Assembly: GCA_965214775.1 (NCBI GenBank)
Contig: OZ243974.1
Location: 384,001-448,000 of the forward strand
Origin: Nitrosopumilus sp.
GTDB taxonomy: Archaea; Thermoproteota; Nitrososphaeria; Nitrososphaerales; Nitrosopumilaceae
Length of the DNA: 64,000 nt
Direction of reading: 5' to 3'
The notes under the pieces are model-generated. The model saw only the letters and a list, made by a program, of their open reading frames with translations, was not told the DNA's origin and searched no databases. The translations under genes were made by a program, and so were the position numbers. Every line of letters begins with the position of its first letter. Position 1 is the first letter of the stretch. Below are positions 52,164 to 62,583 of the stretch, one piece after another.

Positions 52164-54269
52164 GTACAACTTCAGGTCCTTTTTATACTGACAGTCAAAC
52201 ATTTTTGGGCAGCATCTTATGATCAGATGCCCCTGCGAACATGGCTGAACATCAGACATTTGTGATCAGATATTGCAGGTTTGGAATTTACGGGAGTGAC
52301 ATAATATCGGCATCTTGGTCAAAGAATTTCGATGGAAATCTTTTTTGATCTTGCCTGTCTGATGTAACATATGGACTCCAAAGCCGTGCTTGCACACTGT
52401 ACGGATCCTGGAAAGGCACTTGTCATGATCATGGAGCAGGATGAGAAGATCTCCGGGCTGGAAAAAGAACTCTCTATTGTCAAGAAGGAGAATGCTGATG
52501 TCAAGAAGGAGAACTCTAAGCTTCAGGCAAGGCTTGCCCTGTACGAGAGTCCCAACATGCCCACGTCCACGCCGTCATTATACAATGATGCCAGAAGAAA
52601 GTTCAGGGAGAAAAGGGGCGAGGATCCCGGCGGCAGTCCCGGCGATGCTGCTCGGGGCAAGAAACGCGGCCCTCCGTGCAGACACCATGGTACATCGCAC
52701 GGCAACCGACCATCAATGACATTAAGGTACGATCTTGGCTCCAAAATATGCCCAAAGTGCAACATCCAGTTACGGATGCTCAAGCCGATCCACAAGCTTG
52801 TAAACGACCTAGATGACTCCATGCGCATGCTCACTGCCAATGCCATCATCCAAAACGCGGTGTGTCCACAGTGCAATACCGTGCATGTCGCAGCTACCCC
52901 GTTTCTAAGCGGCACGTCACTTGGGCCCGTCTCACTCTCTCTAATCATGATGTTCTTTGAGAAGGGAAACACAGACGAGGACATTGCAGAGTACTTTCAG
53001 TATATGTTTGGATTCAAGATGGCCCCAAATACCGTGACTGCCGCCCGGCACGCAGTGGCAGAGGCGATTCAACAAAACATGATACAACGCATACAGTCAT
53101 TCATTGCGGGCAGGCCGTGGATACAGATGGACGAGACCGGATTTAAGCGCGGCGACGGACACATGGGATACGTCTGGGTGCTCAACTGCGAGGGGGCGTG
53201 CTTTGTGGTATTTGCAGATTCCCGGTCCTCTGAGGTACTGCACACGCACTTTGGATGGCTGGATCCCAAGACTCCCATAGTCGTAGACGGACTGGCCCAG
53301 TACAAGCTGTTCTTTGTGACAATCCAGAGGTGTTGGAGGCACCTTCTGGCGTATGCAGAAAAGCTTGCAGTAAAGATGCCCGAAGGCGATAACGAGAAAA
53401 GGTATGACTTGCTGCTGGAATTCTACAGGAAGATAGATAAAATCAAGACGCTTGCGCCGCTTACATGCATGGAGCTTTCCAGGGAAGTATACAAAATAAT
53501 CAACCCGTATGAGGACGTTCACGTGCGTACACACCTGCTAAACGCCATACATAACATGTTTACGTGTCTGGCGCATCGGGGAATGCCGCTGCACAACAAC
53601 GATACGGAGCGGTGCATACGCGACGGGATCATACCACAACGCAATGCACGTCACAAGATTGTAACTGACGGGGGAAGAAAGACGGCTTCTGCGCTGCTGA
53701 CATTTTCGATGACATGTCGCAAGCAGAATATACATCCTGCCGGCGGACTCTTGAAATACCTGCGGAATCCGGGCTGGGATGTCTTTGCAGAAGCAAGAGA
53801 TGATGATGATAATGCGCGCCTGCTGTCCTCGCTTGTCAATACGGACGGTACAAAATACAGCGTCTTTGAGTGTCCCGGGCCGCCGCCGGTGTGGCCGCCT
53901 GTAGTCGATGATGACGCAGGCAGTGAAGGAGGAGCGGTACGCCGGAACCGGATGGCCGTCGTACCAGTAGCAGCTCCTACAACAACATGATCCGTCTGGC
54001 GCCTACGGGACGGCGTAACCCGTAGCTTCATGTCAAAGAATCCGGCCGTGTAGGCAAGTCTGCCAGTCAACAACGCCTGGCAAATCTGACAATGCTGGTT
54101 TCCTGCAGGTGCCGTCTGCCAATAATCTGCTGTCTGCGCGCTGCCGGTCTTGCATATACAAGGGACGTGTGGTGATGATGTAGCGGGTCTGTCACAGCAG
54201 ATGCGGAAGGATCAAAAAGTTCCGGGCAAAAAGTTCCCTAGTCAGTATAAAAAGGACCTGAAGTTGTAC
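52164..54269 (+). mobile_element. IS66-family element, copy 2, complete
   Basis: Same 29-bp IR; 8-bp TSD AACTGTTT. Confidence 0.95.
52371..53990 (+). CDS. IS66-family transposase
   Basis: Nearly identical to 39332..40954. Confidence 0.92.
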   Translation: MDSKAVLAHCTDPGKALVMIMEQDEKISGLEKELSIVKKENADVKKENSKLQARLALYESPNMPTSTPSLYNDARRKFREKRGEDPGGSPGDAARGKKRGPPCRHHGTSHGNRPSMTLRYDLGSKICPKCNIQLRMLKPIHKLVNDLDDSMRMLTANAIIQNAVCPQCNTVHVAATPFLSGTSLGPVSLSLIMMFFEKGNTDEDIAEYFQYMFGFKMAPNTVTAARHAVAEAIQQNMIQRIQSFIAGRPWIQMDETGFKRGDGHMGYVWVLNCEGACFVVFADSRSSEVLHTHFGWLDPKTPIVVDGLAQYKLFFVTIQRCWRHLLAYAEKLAVKMPEGDNEKRYDLLLEFYRKIDKIKTLAPLTCMELSREVYKIINPYEDVHVRTHLLNAIHNMFTCLAHRGMPLHNNDTERCIRDGIIPQRNARHKIVTDGGRKTASALLTFSMTCRKQNIHPAGGLLKYLRNPGWDVFAEARDDDDNARLLSSLVNTDGTKYSVFECPGPPPVWPPVVDDDAGSEGGAVRRNRMAVVPVAAPTTT

Positions 54270-54339
54270 AACTGTTTCAAGATTGGAGCCGCTTTTTGGG
54301 TTACTTTTGGGAAGACTGGACCTACTTTGACTCAAAGAC

Positions 54340-55225
54340 TTCTGCCCGTTGCTATATTTATCTTCACTGGAGGGGTCGAATTTGTACGCTTGCACGATTA
54401 CTACCGTATCCTTGCAAGCTCCGTGACATGCCTTAGATCCTCCTCGTAAAAGCACGTGTCGCCGATGCACTCGCCCTGCACGCCGTACACTACTGTCAAT
54501 AACAGAGTCGCCACGTGACACGCCGCCGTTGTCTTCAAGAATTGCCGTCCCGACCCTGCCGGTTCCGCCTGCCCTGACATATTCTGATAGCGATGAATCC
54601 AGATGCATCGGCAGCGGATGATCCGTGTTGCCGCTGTAATCCCTGATGTTGCTGGGAAACACGTTCTGATGCCAGCTGTCCCATGCTGCATGATTTCCTG
54701 AATCCACATGCACTATTCCTATTTTATGTCCCGTGCCACCCAGCGTATCAGAGTGCGTGTTATCAGCAGAGTCATAGTATTTGGAGACATATTGTGCAGT
54801 CAGGTTTCGCGCGTGTATGACCTCCTCTCCCGGAATCCCGTCAAGGGGGTTATCGCCTAATTCACCAGAATTCCTGAAAACCGCTGAGGTGCCATATCGA
54901 CTAGGCGTGCAAGTGGGGTGAAAATTCAGAAAAACGTGCAGGTTGAGTCAAGTAGGTGGAATTACGCGACAAACCCCCCCCCACGTCAAGTGCCGCAAAT
55001 ATTATTTGGATCGGTCTGCCGCCGTCGTTGCGTATTGTAACTGATGCTGCAAGCGTGTCTACTACGCCCGCATATATCTCAGGAGTTATCGTCAGTGTCA
55101 CTGTCACCGCCAACGTTGAGAAGTGCCCGATCCAGTATGCCTCCTGACAGAAGCGCGGTAGCGGCTCCTGCTACTGCCACTGTTATTCCCATACGCGTTA
55201 TCACCTCCTTTGTAAGCTGTGCCAT
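54340..55225 (-). pseudogene. Degraded gene, possibly archaeal pilin-like
   Basis: MAQLTKEVITRMGITVAVAGAATALL hydrophobic start, then SVTIRNDG in another frame; several frameshifted pieces. Confidence 0.35.
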
Positions 55226-55306
55226 ATGCCGGATACAGTGTTTGGGATTTAAGCGCAGGCAACATCAACCTAACAGAATCCTATGTGCCTGTTGAAATGC
55301 TCATTG

Positions 55307-55381
55307 CGGGGACGGAAGGATTCGAACCTCCGATATCCGGTTTCGAGTCCAGGTGCCTTATCCAGACTAGACCACATCCCC
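55307..55381 (-). tRNA. tRNA-like gene with a defective anticodon arm (Arg-TCG-like, probably pseudo)
   Basis: GGGGATG/CGTCCCC acceptor, D-loop GGATA, GGAGG-TTCGAAT-CCTTC T-arm; anticodon arm CCTGG-ACTCGAA-ACCGG has 2 mismatches and lacks U33. Confidence 0.6.
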
Positions 55382-55625
55382 ATAAAACTGAATTTTCCCC
55401 CACCCTCGAAAGCGGGCGATCCTGCAGGGTCACCCGGTGGGGGACTTGAAATCCTAATCTAGAACGACAGGATACAAGGAAGAACGACTTCGACTTTTAT
55501 GGGTGGTCGTCACATATAATTATTTGTCAGCTTGCCTGCCTGAAGGCGTGAGAGTTACATTGGAAAACAGATACTGCCGGCATCGTGCATGCAGTCTTTT
55601 TCCTCAATACTCAATACAAGTATGG

Positions 55626-55716
55626 GTACGAGTTTACCCCTCACCTGAGATACGATGTGGCAGGCGTGATCATGAAGGCTCCAGACACCAGTGACGCCTA
55701 AGGGGCAAACTCGTAC
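55626..55716. mobile_element. 91-bp MITE (family B)
   Basis: GTACGAGTTTACCCCT/AGGGGCAAACTCGTAC; core as in the 45775 copy. Confidence 0.85.
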
Positions 55717-55720
55717 CCAG

Positions 55721-55838
55721 CAGTCTTCCCAGTTCCCCGCAAAACGGCTCCAAATTCGAAACAATTTAGACTAGGCGGCACGCAGATCCACACATCGCCG
55801 CCTGCGCCGCCGTGAGCCGGGCACATCTGAGAAGACTG
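55721..55838. mobile_element. Family D MITE
   Basis: CAGTCTTC/GAAGACTG ends; similar to 31009-31128. Confidence 0.8.
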
Positions 55839-55853
55839 CTGGAGCCACCGGAC

Positions 55854-56060
55854 GTAACAGGATATGGTACCAACATCAAAAAATGGAATGTGATTTTGAC
55901 ACATCGTGCCTATTTCGCCAAAAAAATATTCCATTTTCAACTGCACGCGCTATAGCCCCTGCCTGGCCGGCAATCAGGCACGAATCTGTCTGCAGTTGTG
56001 ATTTTCATGGCTGACCGCCGGCAAGGGACGTGACTTGAACTGGCCAGGAGATCCTGTTAC
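55854..56060. mobile_element. Family C variant MITE with an internal insert of about 85 bp
   Basis: GTAACAGGAT/ATCCTGTTAC ends; 55951-56060 resembles 16541-16650; the insert resembles 51178-51260. Confidence 0.65.
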
Positions 56061-56131
56061 TGCGTGCGTCTTTGAGCAGCAGCTGCTCTAGAAACTGATC
56101 TTGTATTTTTTTGGCAAAAACAGATAGTTGA

Positions 56132-56314
56132 CTAGCGTTTTCTGCGTTTTTGACCTGGTTTGTTCTGACCTGGAACCCTTCCTAGAACAAACCTCTTCTT
56201 GAAATTACTCTTGTTTCTAAGGCTGGAGTTTGTACCTACGATCTTTCTTCCTTCGACTTTGGGGGTTTGCCCTCGTACCTTGCCAGCTTTGGTCAGCGAA
56301 CCGTGAGTTGCCAT
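56132..56314 (-). CDS. rps30e: 30S ribosomal protein S30e
   Basis: HGSLTKAGKVRGQTPKV. Confidence 0.95.
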   Translation of the reverse strand: MATHGSLTKAGKVRGQTPKVEGRKIVGTNSSLRNKSNFKKRFVLGRVPGQNKPGQKRRKR

Positions 56315-56367
56315 GAATCAAGCACCAGACTAGGAAATTTATGTATTTGGATATTCAATTCGTTTGC

Positions 56368-58107
56368 CTACCAGTACTTGGCCTTGACAGTCTCAATGAC
56401 TTTTTCGTGCTCCCTTCCCTTCTTGCGTGCGTATCTCTCCATTGCGCCAAGAGGGACGCCTCCAAGAGAACGTGCAATGGCGTTGAAAAAGTATCTCTGA
56501 GGACCCTTAGAACCGGTTTTGGTCATGAATTTTTGAATGCCGTACTTGAAGTTATGCTGCCAGGTCTTGTACAGGACTCCCAGTTGGGCAGGAGTCATCT
56601 CATTTCCGATATTAAAAAAGTCAGATTTTTCAAGCAGACCGATCGGAACAAACGTCAACGCAGTTGCAGTAAACATCGATTCGGGCTGCTCTTCTTCCAG
56701 CTCGTTGATTAGTCGGATTGTCTCCCAAGAATCTTCTGGAGTTTCGTCGTTGTCAAGGCCCATAATGAGAGTGAATGCCGGAATCCAATAGTCCTTGTTG
56801 AGGGTCTTTACACCTTCCTTTACAACCCAGTGCCACTCGTCAGGCGAATATGGTGCAAGTTTTCTATCAGCATACTTTCCAATCAGTCTCAAGCTGCCTG
56901 TTTCAAATCCAGCCTGAACGCCAATCATGTTATCAGGGCCGGCCCTGATGATTTTAGACAGGTTTGGAATGAGCTTCTCATCGGCAATTGCTCCGGCCAG
57001 CGTGCCATGTGTCGGATTTGTGTGTTCGACACCAGTTGACATGATTGCAGTAAAGAGTTCCTCTAATGCCTCTCTGTTTGGCTCCATGCCCTTTGCAGTT
57101 CTTGGATCCATTCCATAAACGAAGATATCATCACTGTGAATCCATGCAGATTTGGAGCCGCCTTTCCTTATGTTGACTTCAATCTCCTTTTTGACTTTTT
57201 CAGGGGAATAGTATCTCAATGATCTTAATGTGACATCACAGAACTTGCAGCCTCTTCCGCATCCGCGCATTACCTCCACCATTCCGTGCATGCTTGGTTC
57301 GACAATGTCAGGGATTTCCTCTAGTTCTGGTCTGTCCCAAAAGTTCACAAACCTGCCGTGAAGCTTTCTGCCGTTTCGCTCAAACTCCTTGATGTTAACC
57401 TTGAAATCACTTCTCTTTCTGAAGGGATCCATGTTTTCAAAATCACCGTTAATCAGATAGTTAAAGAATCGCCCTGCATGTCCGTCAATCTCAGGGGCAA
57501 TGCCTCCAAGCTCACCCTCCAAAATAGCATAGATTCCAAACTCCTCAATCTTTTGAGGATCATAGTTGTATTGCCAGGTTCCAGACGCGCCAGAAATTAC
57601 CTTGGCTTTGCTTCCGGTCTTTTCTTTTGCAGCTTTAATCCTGTGATGAAGTTCGGTGTTATAGTATTCGTCATATGACATTTGCTTTCTGCCATATGTG
57701 AAGGTCATCGTAACTGGACCCATTCCCAATGGATCCATCTCATAAGTTCCGACAACTAGTGTTTGAGGGCCAATGAATCTTTCAATATGATCAGGATGTG
57801 CCACGACAACATCCTGCCTGCTAAAGCCGTCTCTTAGAAGCCCTGCCTCTAATTTTCTGAGTCCATAAGGGGCATAGTTTGCAACGCCGTTGGTGTGCGG
57901 AATGTAATTACAGATGAAATCAAACAGAATCTTCGGAGTAACCTGTTTTCCAAGGATTTTGTGCCAAAAGCTCTTCGGATCCCTGTTAGGATCCAAGGCC
58001 GGGGCACATCCAAAAAACGTGGCAAGTGACAATCCCCTATACGGAGACATCAAAGTACGATCGGCAGTCAGAACGATCTTTGGAGTAGTAGCACCCATTC
58101 CCTTCAT
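56368..58107 (-). CDS. Radical SAM protein (B12-binding/radical SAM-like)
   Basis: RGCGRGCKFC (CxxxCxxC), GFETGS. Confidence 0.9.
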   Translation of the reverse strand: MKGMGATTPKIVLTADRTLMSPYRGLSLATFFGCAPALDPNRDPKSFWHKILGKQVTPKILFDFICNYIPHTNGVANYAPYGLRKLEAGLLRDGFSRQDVVVAHPDHIERFIGPQTLVVGTYEMDPLGMGPVTMTFTYGRKQMSYDEYYNTELHHRIKAAKEKTGSKAKVISGASGTWQYNYDPQKIEEFGIYAILEGELGGIAPEIDGHAGRFFNYLINGDFENMDPFRKRSDFKVNIKEFERNGRKLHGRFVNFWDRPELEEIPDIVEPSMHGMVEVMRGCGRGCKFCDVTLRSLRYYSPEKVKKEIEVNIRKGGSKSAWIHSDDIFVYGMDPRTAKGMEPNREALEELFTAIMSTGVEHTNPTHGTLAGAIADEKLIPNLSKIIRAGPDNMIGVQAGFETGSLRLIGKYADRKLAPYSPDEWHWVVKEGVKTLNKDYWIPAFTLIMGLDNDETPEDSWETIRLINELEEEQPESMFTATALTFVPIGLLEKSDFFNIGNEMTPAQLGVLYKTWQHNFKYGIQKFMTKTGSKGPQRYFFNAIARSLGGVPLGAMERYARKKGREHEKVIETVKAKYW

Positions 58108-58149
58108 CGAAATAATTTTCTGATTTATTTTAAACCTTGCTGGTTTAAC

Positions 58150-58965
58150 CTAGTAATTCTCTAAAATTCCAGCCTTGTTTCTGTGAAAATGCCCAAATTC
58201 CTTGTTTTCTGCAAGATGTGAACCGTCAAAAACGGTTCCGTCACGACAGACCAGGTCTTCTCCGGTACAGCAGCTGCCACAGATTCCAACACCGCACTTC
58301 ATCATTCTTTCAAGGCTTGCCTGAACAAAGATTCCTCTAGAATGGGCAGATTGGACTGTTTTGTACATCATGACTTCAGGGCCACAGGCATACACCCCGT
58401 CAAATTTGGTTTCAGAGACCAGTTTTTCTGCCAAATCAGCAACATTGCCTTTTTCACCGTAACTTCCATCATCAGTGGAAACAATTACCGTGTGGGAATC
58501 GTTATTTTCCAGCAATTTGTTTGCCAGATCCTCAAAAAACACCTCATCTTTGGACTTGGCGCCGATTAGAACGGTAACATCATCAGTTGGCTTTACAAAT
58601 GTCAGCAATCTCATCATCGGAACAAGACCGGTTCCGCCACCGACCAAAAGCAATTTGCCTTCTTTGACATCAAAGGCATTTCCGTATGGGCCCCTGATTC
58701 CAATCTGCCCTCCAACCTTCACATTAAACAGCCCCGTAGAAGAAGGCCCGTGTTTTCTAACAGTAAAGGCTGCCTTTCCGGATTCTTGGGCAATCATCAC
58801 GCTCATGGGCAGTTCATTTACACCGGGAATCCAGACCATTGCAAACTGGCCAGGCAGGACGTCTGGCATTACATCGTCAGAATAAACAAGCGTTCTGACA
58901 GTCGGTGTTTCGTCAATTACTTTTTCAATCGTAACAATTGTCGGGTGATCAGGATTTCTTTGCAA
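58150..58965 (-). CDS. pyrK: Dihydroorotate dehydrogenase electron transfer subunit
   Basis: PGQFAM, RGPYGN, GGGTG, CGPEVM, MKCGVGICGSC. Confidence 0.93.
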   Translation of the reverse strand: MQRNPDHPTIVTIEKVIDETPTVRTLVYSDDVMPDVLPGQFAMVWIPGVNELPMSVMIAQESGKAAFTVRKHGPSSTGLFNVKVGGQIGIRGPYGNAFDVKEGKLLLVGGGTGLVPMMRLLTFVKPTDDVTVLIGAKSKDEVFFEDLANKLLENNDSHTVIVSTDDGSYGEKGNVADLAEKLVSETKFDGVYACGPEVMMYKTVQSAHSRGIFVQASLERMMKCGVGICGSCCTGEDLVCRDGTVFDGSHLAENKEFGHFHRNKAGILENY

Positions 58966-59860
58966 GTCCCACCATTTCCCTTATGCTTGAATAGTTTTTA
59001 CGTTTCATGTACTGTATGATTCCGTTGTTGATATCCTCAAAAACCCCAACCCAGTTATCGCCTATCGCACTTCCGAGCTGGACTGCAGATGCGCCTGCCA
59101 GGAAGAATTCCACTGCATCCTCCCAGGTGGAGATCCCCCCACACCCAACAATCGGAACCTCGTATTTTGAAGAGATCTCATACACACATCTTTGTGCGAT
59201 TGGCTTTATCGGAGTTCCGGACAGACCGCCGAATTTGTTGCTAAGAATTGGTCGCCGGGTTTCGACATCTATTGCCATTGAACGGACCGTATTGATTGCG
59301 GTAATGGCGTCAACTCCAGAGTCGACAGCTGCGCCGACGGCATCTAGATAATTGCTTGTACCCAGTCCGACCTTGGCAATTACCGGAACGCTTGTAGATT
59401 TTTTTACTGCAGACACAATTTCTTTAACGAGTCCATGATCATCGCCTACCTCTAAACCGACTTGGGCAACATGAGGACATGACAGGTTAAGCTCGTATGC
59501 CTTGATCTTACAGTTTTCAAATTCCTTGATCATTGTCTTAAAATCATCTGGCACCGAACCTACCAAGCTGACAACAACAGGAACGTCTTGATTGGGCTGA
59601 ATCATCTTGGCAAAGTTTGCAGCGCCGGGATTTGACAATCCGACGGCATTAATCCAGCCTCCGCCCTTTACGCTAATGATCGTAGGGTTTGGATATCCCT
59701 CCCAGGGAGCTATGCTAAGAGATTTCGTAACAACTGCACCTGCACCGGATCTATAAAGTCGGTTAAACACGTCTAGTGATATGCCTAAAATTCCCGAGGC
59801 CAACATTACAGGTCTGTCTATTTGAATAGGGCCAATAGAAGTTGCAATACTGGGCTCCAC
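58949..59860 (-). CDS. pyrD: Dihydroorotate dehydrogenase, family 1B catalytic subunit (start approximate)
   Basis: NAVGLSNPG, ELNLSCPH, AINT, GGLSG. Confidence 0.94.
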   Translation of the reverse strand: MEPSIATSIGPIQIDRPVMLASGILGISLDVFNRLYRSGAGAVVTKSLSIAPWEGYPNPTIISVKGGGWINAVGLSNPGAANFAKMIQPNQDVPVVVSLVGSVPDDFKTMIKEFENCKIKAYELNLSCPHVAQVGLEVGDDHGLVKEIVSAVKKSTSVPVIAKVGLGTSNYLDAVGAAVDSGVDAITAINTVRSMAIDVETRRPILSNKFGGLSGTPIKPIAQRCVYEISSKYEVPIVGCGGISTWEDAVEFFLAGASAVQLGSAIGDNWVGVFEDINNGIIQYMKRKNYSSIREMVGLAKKS

Positions 59861-59945
59861 TTTGATTAATGGGATCAGGTTCGAATATAATAGTTGATTT
59901 GCGGTTCTGGTACCTTTTTTAAAGGTGATTTGGGCTGAACTAGTC

Positions 59946-61250
59946 ATGTATTCTGTAATTTTGACAGAGTTGGGAATTTCAGTTTTCAAGGAAGAGAAAC
60001 TGGAAAAGGCATTCAGATTTAACAATCCAGTAAAAGACTATCTTGAAATTAAAAACAAGGATGCAAAGCTCAATGAACTGATAAACTACTTGGGTTCGGT
60101 TCAAAGAGGCGTTTCTGTAAGTGACGAGTCGCTGCTGTCTATTTTGAAAAGAAATTCCATCGATTCCCAGCTAATGGATTCAGAGGATCGAGACAGAGTA
60201 CAGTCTTCAAAACCAGAAATAATTGTAGAATCTGAGTTTGCAAGCAATCCACAGGATGCACTAGGGAAATTAAGGGGCTTTGCTTTGGGCATTTCGTCCT
60301 CAAGGGTTACTGAATTTTCAGAAAGCCCGGATTTGCACATCATTCAGGCAATTAACTCGCTTGACGAGATTGACAAGATTGCAAATGCACTTGGTTCCAG
60401 GCTAAGGGAATGGTACGGATTACATTTTCCAGAACTAGATAACATGATTGACAGCATCAACGGATATGCACAAATTGTGATGGCAGGAAAAAGGGAATCA
60501 TTATCAAGGCAAGTTTTTGAGGACGCAGGTTTTCCAGAATCCAAAGTCGAGATGCTGACATTGATTGCATCAAAGAGTGTGGGAGGAGACATTTCAGATG
60601 CCAATTTAACAATTGCCCAGTCAATTGCAAGGCAGATTTTGGACTTTCATGATTTAAGAAAGAGGCTTGAAGGACATGTTGAGTCAGAGATGGCAGCAAT
60701 TGCGCCAAATCTTTCGGCAATTCTTGGAACGGCAGTCGGAGCCAGAATTTTGGATAGAGCCGGCAGCTTGAAAAGACTAGCATCGCTTCCTGCAAGCACA
60801 ATTCAAGTCTTGGGTGCAGAAAAGGCACTGTTTAGATCACTGAAAACAGGCTCCCAACCGCCAAAACACGGGCTGTTATTCCAGCATGCCATGGTTCATG
60901 CTGCACCGCGCTGGCAAAGGGGAAAAATTGCTCGTGCAATTGCAGCCAAGGCAGTGATTGCTGCAAGAGTGGACGTGTATGGCCAAGGATTAAACGAAAC
61001 ATTGCTTGACAAGCTAAACGTCAGGGTTGGGGAGATTGGCAAAAAGTATGAGAACCCAACTGAAAAGGACATGAGAAAGCCCCAATCATTTAGAAGAGAC
61101 AGAGGAGGCAACTTTAGAGACAATCCAAGCAGAAGAGGAAGAGGAAGAGGAGAAGACAGAGGAGACTCCAAATACCAGAGTCCAAAGAACAGGGGCAGAT
61201 CAGGATCAAAGAACAAGAGCAAAAAGAGAAAGAGGCTTGGAAAAAGATAA
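59946..61250 (+). CDS. nop5: Nop5/Nop56-58 box C/D RNP protein
   Basis: LREWYGLHFPEL, PASTIQVLGAEKALF, PKHG. Confidence 0.95.
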   Translation: MYSVILTELGISVFKEEKLEKAFRFNNPVKDYLEIKNKDAKLNELINYLGSVQRGVSVSDESLLSILKRNSIDSQLMDSEDRDRVQSSKPEIIVESEFASNPQDALGKLRGFALGISSSRVTEFSESPDLHIIQAINSLDEIDKIANALGSRLREWYGLHFPELDNMIDSINGYAQIVMAGKRESLSRQVFEDAGFPESKVEMLTLIASKSVGGDISDANLTIAQSIARQILDFHDLRKRLEGHVESEMAAIAPNLSAILGTAVGARILDRAGSLKRLASLPASTIQVLGAEKALFRSLKTGSQPPKHGLLFQHAMVHAAPRWQRGKIARAIAAKAVIAARVDVYGQGLNETLLDKLNVRVGEIGKKYENPTEKDMRKPQSFRRDRGGNFRDNPSRRGRGRGEDRGDSKYQSPKNRGRSGSKNKSKKRKRLGKR

Positions 61251-61911
61251 CCGATCATTTTTCTGGATCAAGTCAGATGGTGAGCAAAAGCTGGCCACTG
61301 AAAATTTGGTTCCAGGAAATCAGGTTTACAAAGAAAAGACGGTAACAAAGAAAGGAATCGAATTCAGATTATGGGATCCTTTCAGAAGTAAATTGGCTGC
61401 AGCAATAATGAACGGGTTGGATGATTTTCCGTTTGAAAACAAATCAAGGGTTCTTTATCTCGGGGCATCTACCGGAACGACGGTAAGTCACATATCTGAC
61501 ATCGTGGGTCCAAGCGGAATTGTCTTTGGCGTGGAGCATGCAAGCAGGGTTGCAAGAGATTTTCTAGACAGAGTTGCATCATACAGAAAGAACATCATTC
61601 CGATCCTGCAGGATGCCAGAAGACCCTCCGAATATTTTTCAGTTTTTGGAAAAGTGGATATAGTCTATGCAGATATCGCACAGCCTGATCAAACAAAAAT
61701 TGCTATTGAAAATTGCGAAATGTTTCTGAAAAAAGGAGGATACTTTTTCCTGGTAATCAAGACAAGAAGTATCGATGTGACAAAATCCCCAAAAAAAATC
61801 ATCAAAGATGAAGTTCAAAAATTGAAAGGCAGGTTTGAAATCATTCAGTCTATTGATTTGCATCCATATGACAAGGATCATGAAATGGTAATTGCAAAAT
61901 TCAAGAGCTAG
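61237..61911 (+). CDS. flpA: Fibrillarin-like 2'-O-methyltransferase
   Basis: WDPFRSKLAAA, VLYLGASTGTTVSH, DIAQPDQ. Confidence 0.96.
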   Translation: MEKDNRSFFWIKSDGEQKLATENLVPGNQVYKEKTVTKKGIEFRLWDPFRSKLAAAIMNGLDDFPFENKSRVLYLGASTGTTVSHISDIVGPSGIVFGVEHASRVARDFLDRVASYRKNIIPILQDARRPSEYFSVFGKVDIVYADIAQPDQTKIAIENCEMFLKKGGYFFLVIKTRSIDVTKSPKKIIKDEVQKLKGRFEIIQSIDLHPYDKDHEMVIAKFKS

Positions 61912-62531
61912 TTTTTTGAGACTATGGCCCGAACAGGCCTCCAACTTTTACGCACAAATGCGGGCAAAGATTTGTTTTTTTGGTAATATCTAGTAACGAA
62001 TTTCACCGTAGTTAGATCAGAGGGATAGCCGCTTCCCAAGAAATCATGAGTCTTTTGCAACCTCTCAATGGCTTTGTCCCTAGTTACTTTTGCAACAATG
62101 GAGGCAGCAGAAACAACAACAAATCTGCTGTCAGCGTGATGGTAGGATTTGATTTTGTGGTTATCTGAAAGTTTTGAAATTTCTTTGCCAAATCTTGCAG
62201 GATTTACATCGCACGAATCAACGTAAGACGTATCAGGATCAAGCTTTGAAACAACTTTTGCCATGTATCTTGCCTCCAATCCATTCAAACAGTGTTTTTT
62301 AACACTTGCATCAATTGATCTTGGGGGTATTTTTGCCACATGGTAATTATCGACTAGTTTAATGATTGATTTGTAAAGCTCTTTGCGTTTTTTTGGGGAA
62401 AGTTTTTTGGAGTCTTTGACTTTTAGCCCTGAAAGTTTCCGTAGATTTTTTCGTTCTAGTGAAATTCCGGCAATGACAAGAGGGCCCAGCATGGATCCGC
62501 GACCAGCATCATCAACACCGCAAATTTGCAC
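61908..62531 (-). CDS. rnhB: Ribonuclease HII
   Basis: GVDDAGRG, DSKKL, SAASIVAKV, GSGYPSD. Confidence 0.95.
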   Translation of the reverse strand: MQICGVDDAGRGSMLGPLVIAGISLERKNLRKLSGLKVKDSKKLSPKKRKELYKSIIKLVDNYHVAKIPPRSIDASVKKHCLNGLEARYMAKVVSKLDPDTSYVDSCDVNPARFGKEISKLSDNHKIKSYHHADSRFVVVSAASIVAKVTRDKAIERLQKTHDFLGSGYPSDLTTVKFVTRYYQKNKSLPAFVRKSWRPVRAIVSKN

Positions 62532-62583
62532 GAATGTTGTCTTTAGGCACAAGTATTAAACAGTATAGAGCCAAACAAGGCAG

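Larger units (their letters stand above)
52084..54318. mobile_element. Family D MITE (about 121 bp) split by IS66 copy 2
   Basis: CAGTCTTCC...GGAAGACTG ends; 5-bp TSD GACCT. Confidence 0.85.

Noticed and set aside
39125-54269. Composite IS66 transposon carrying xpb-bax1
   Set aside because: Copy 2 has its own TSD and the outer flanks (TTTTGTTT versus AACTGTTT) do not match
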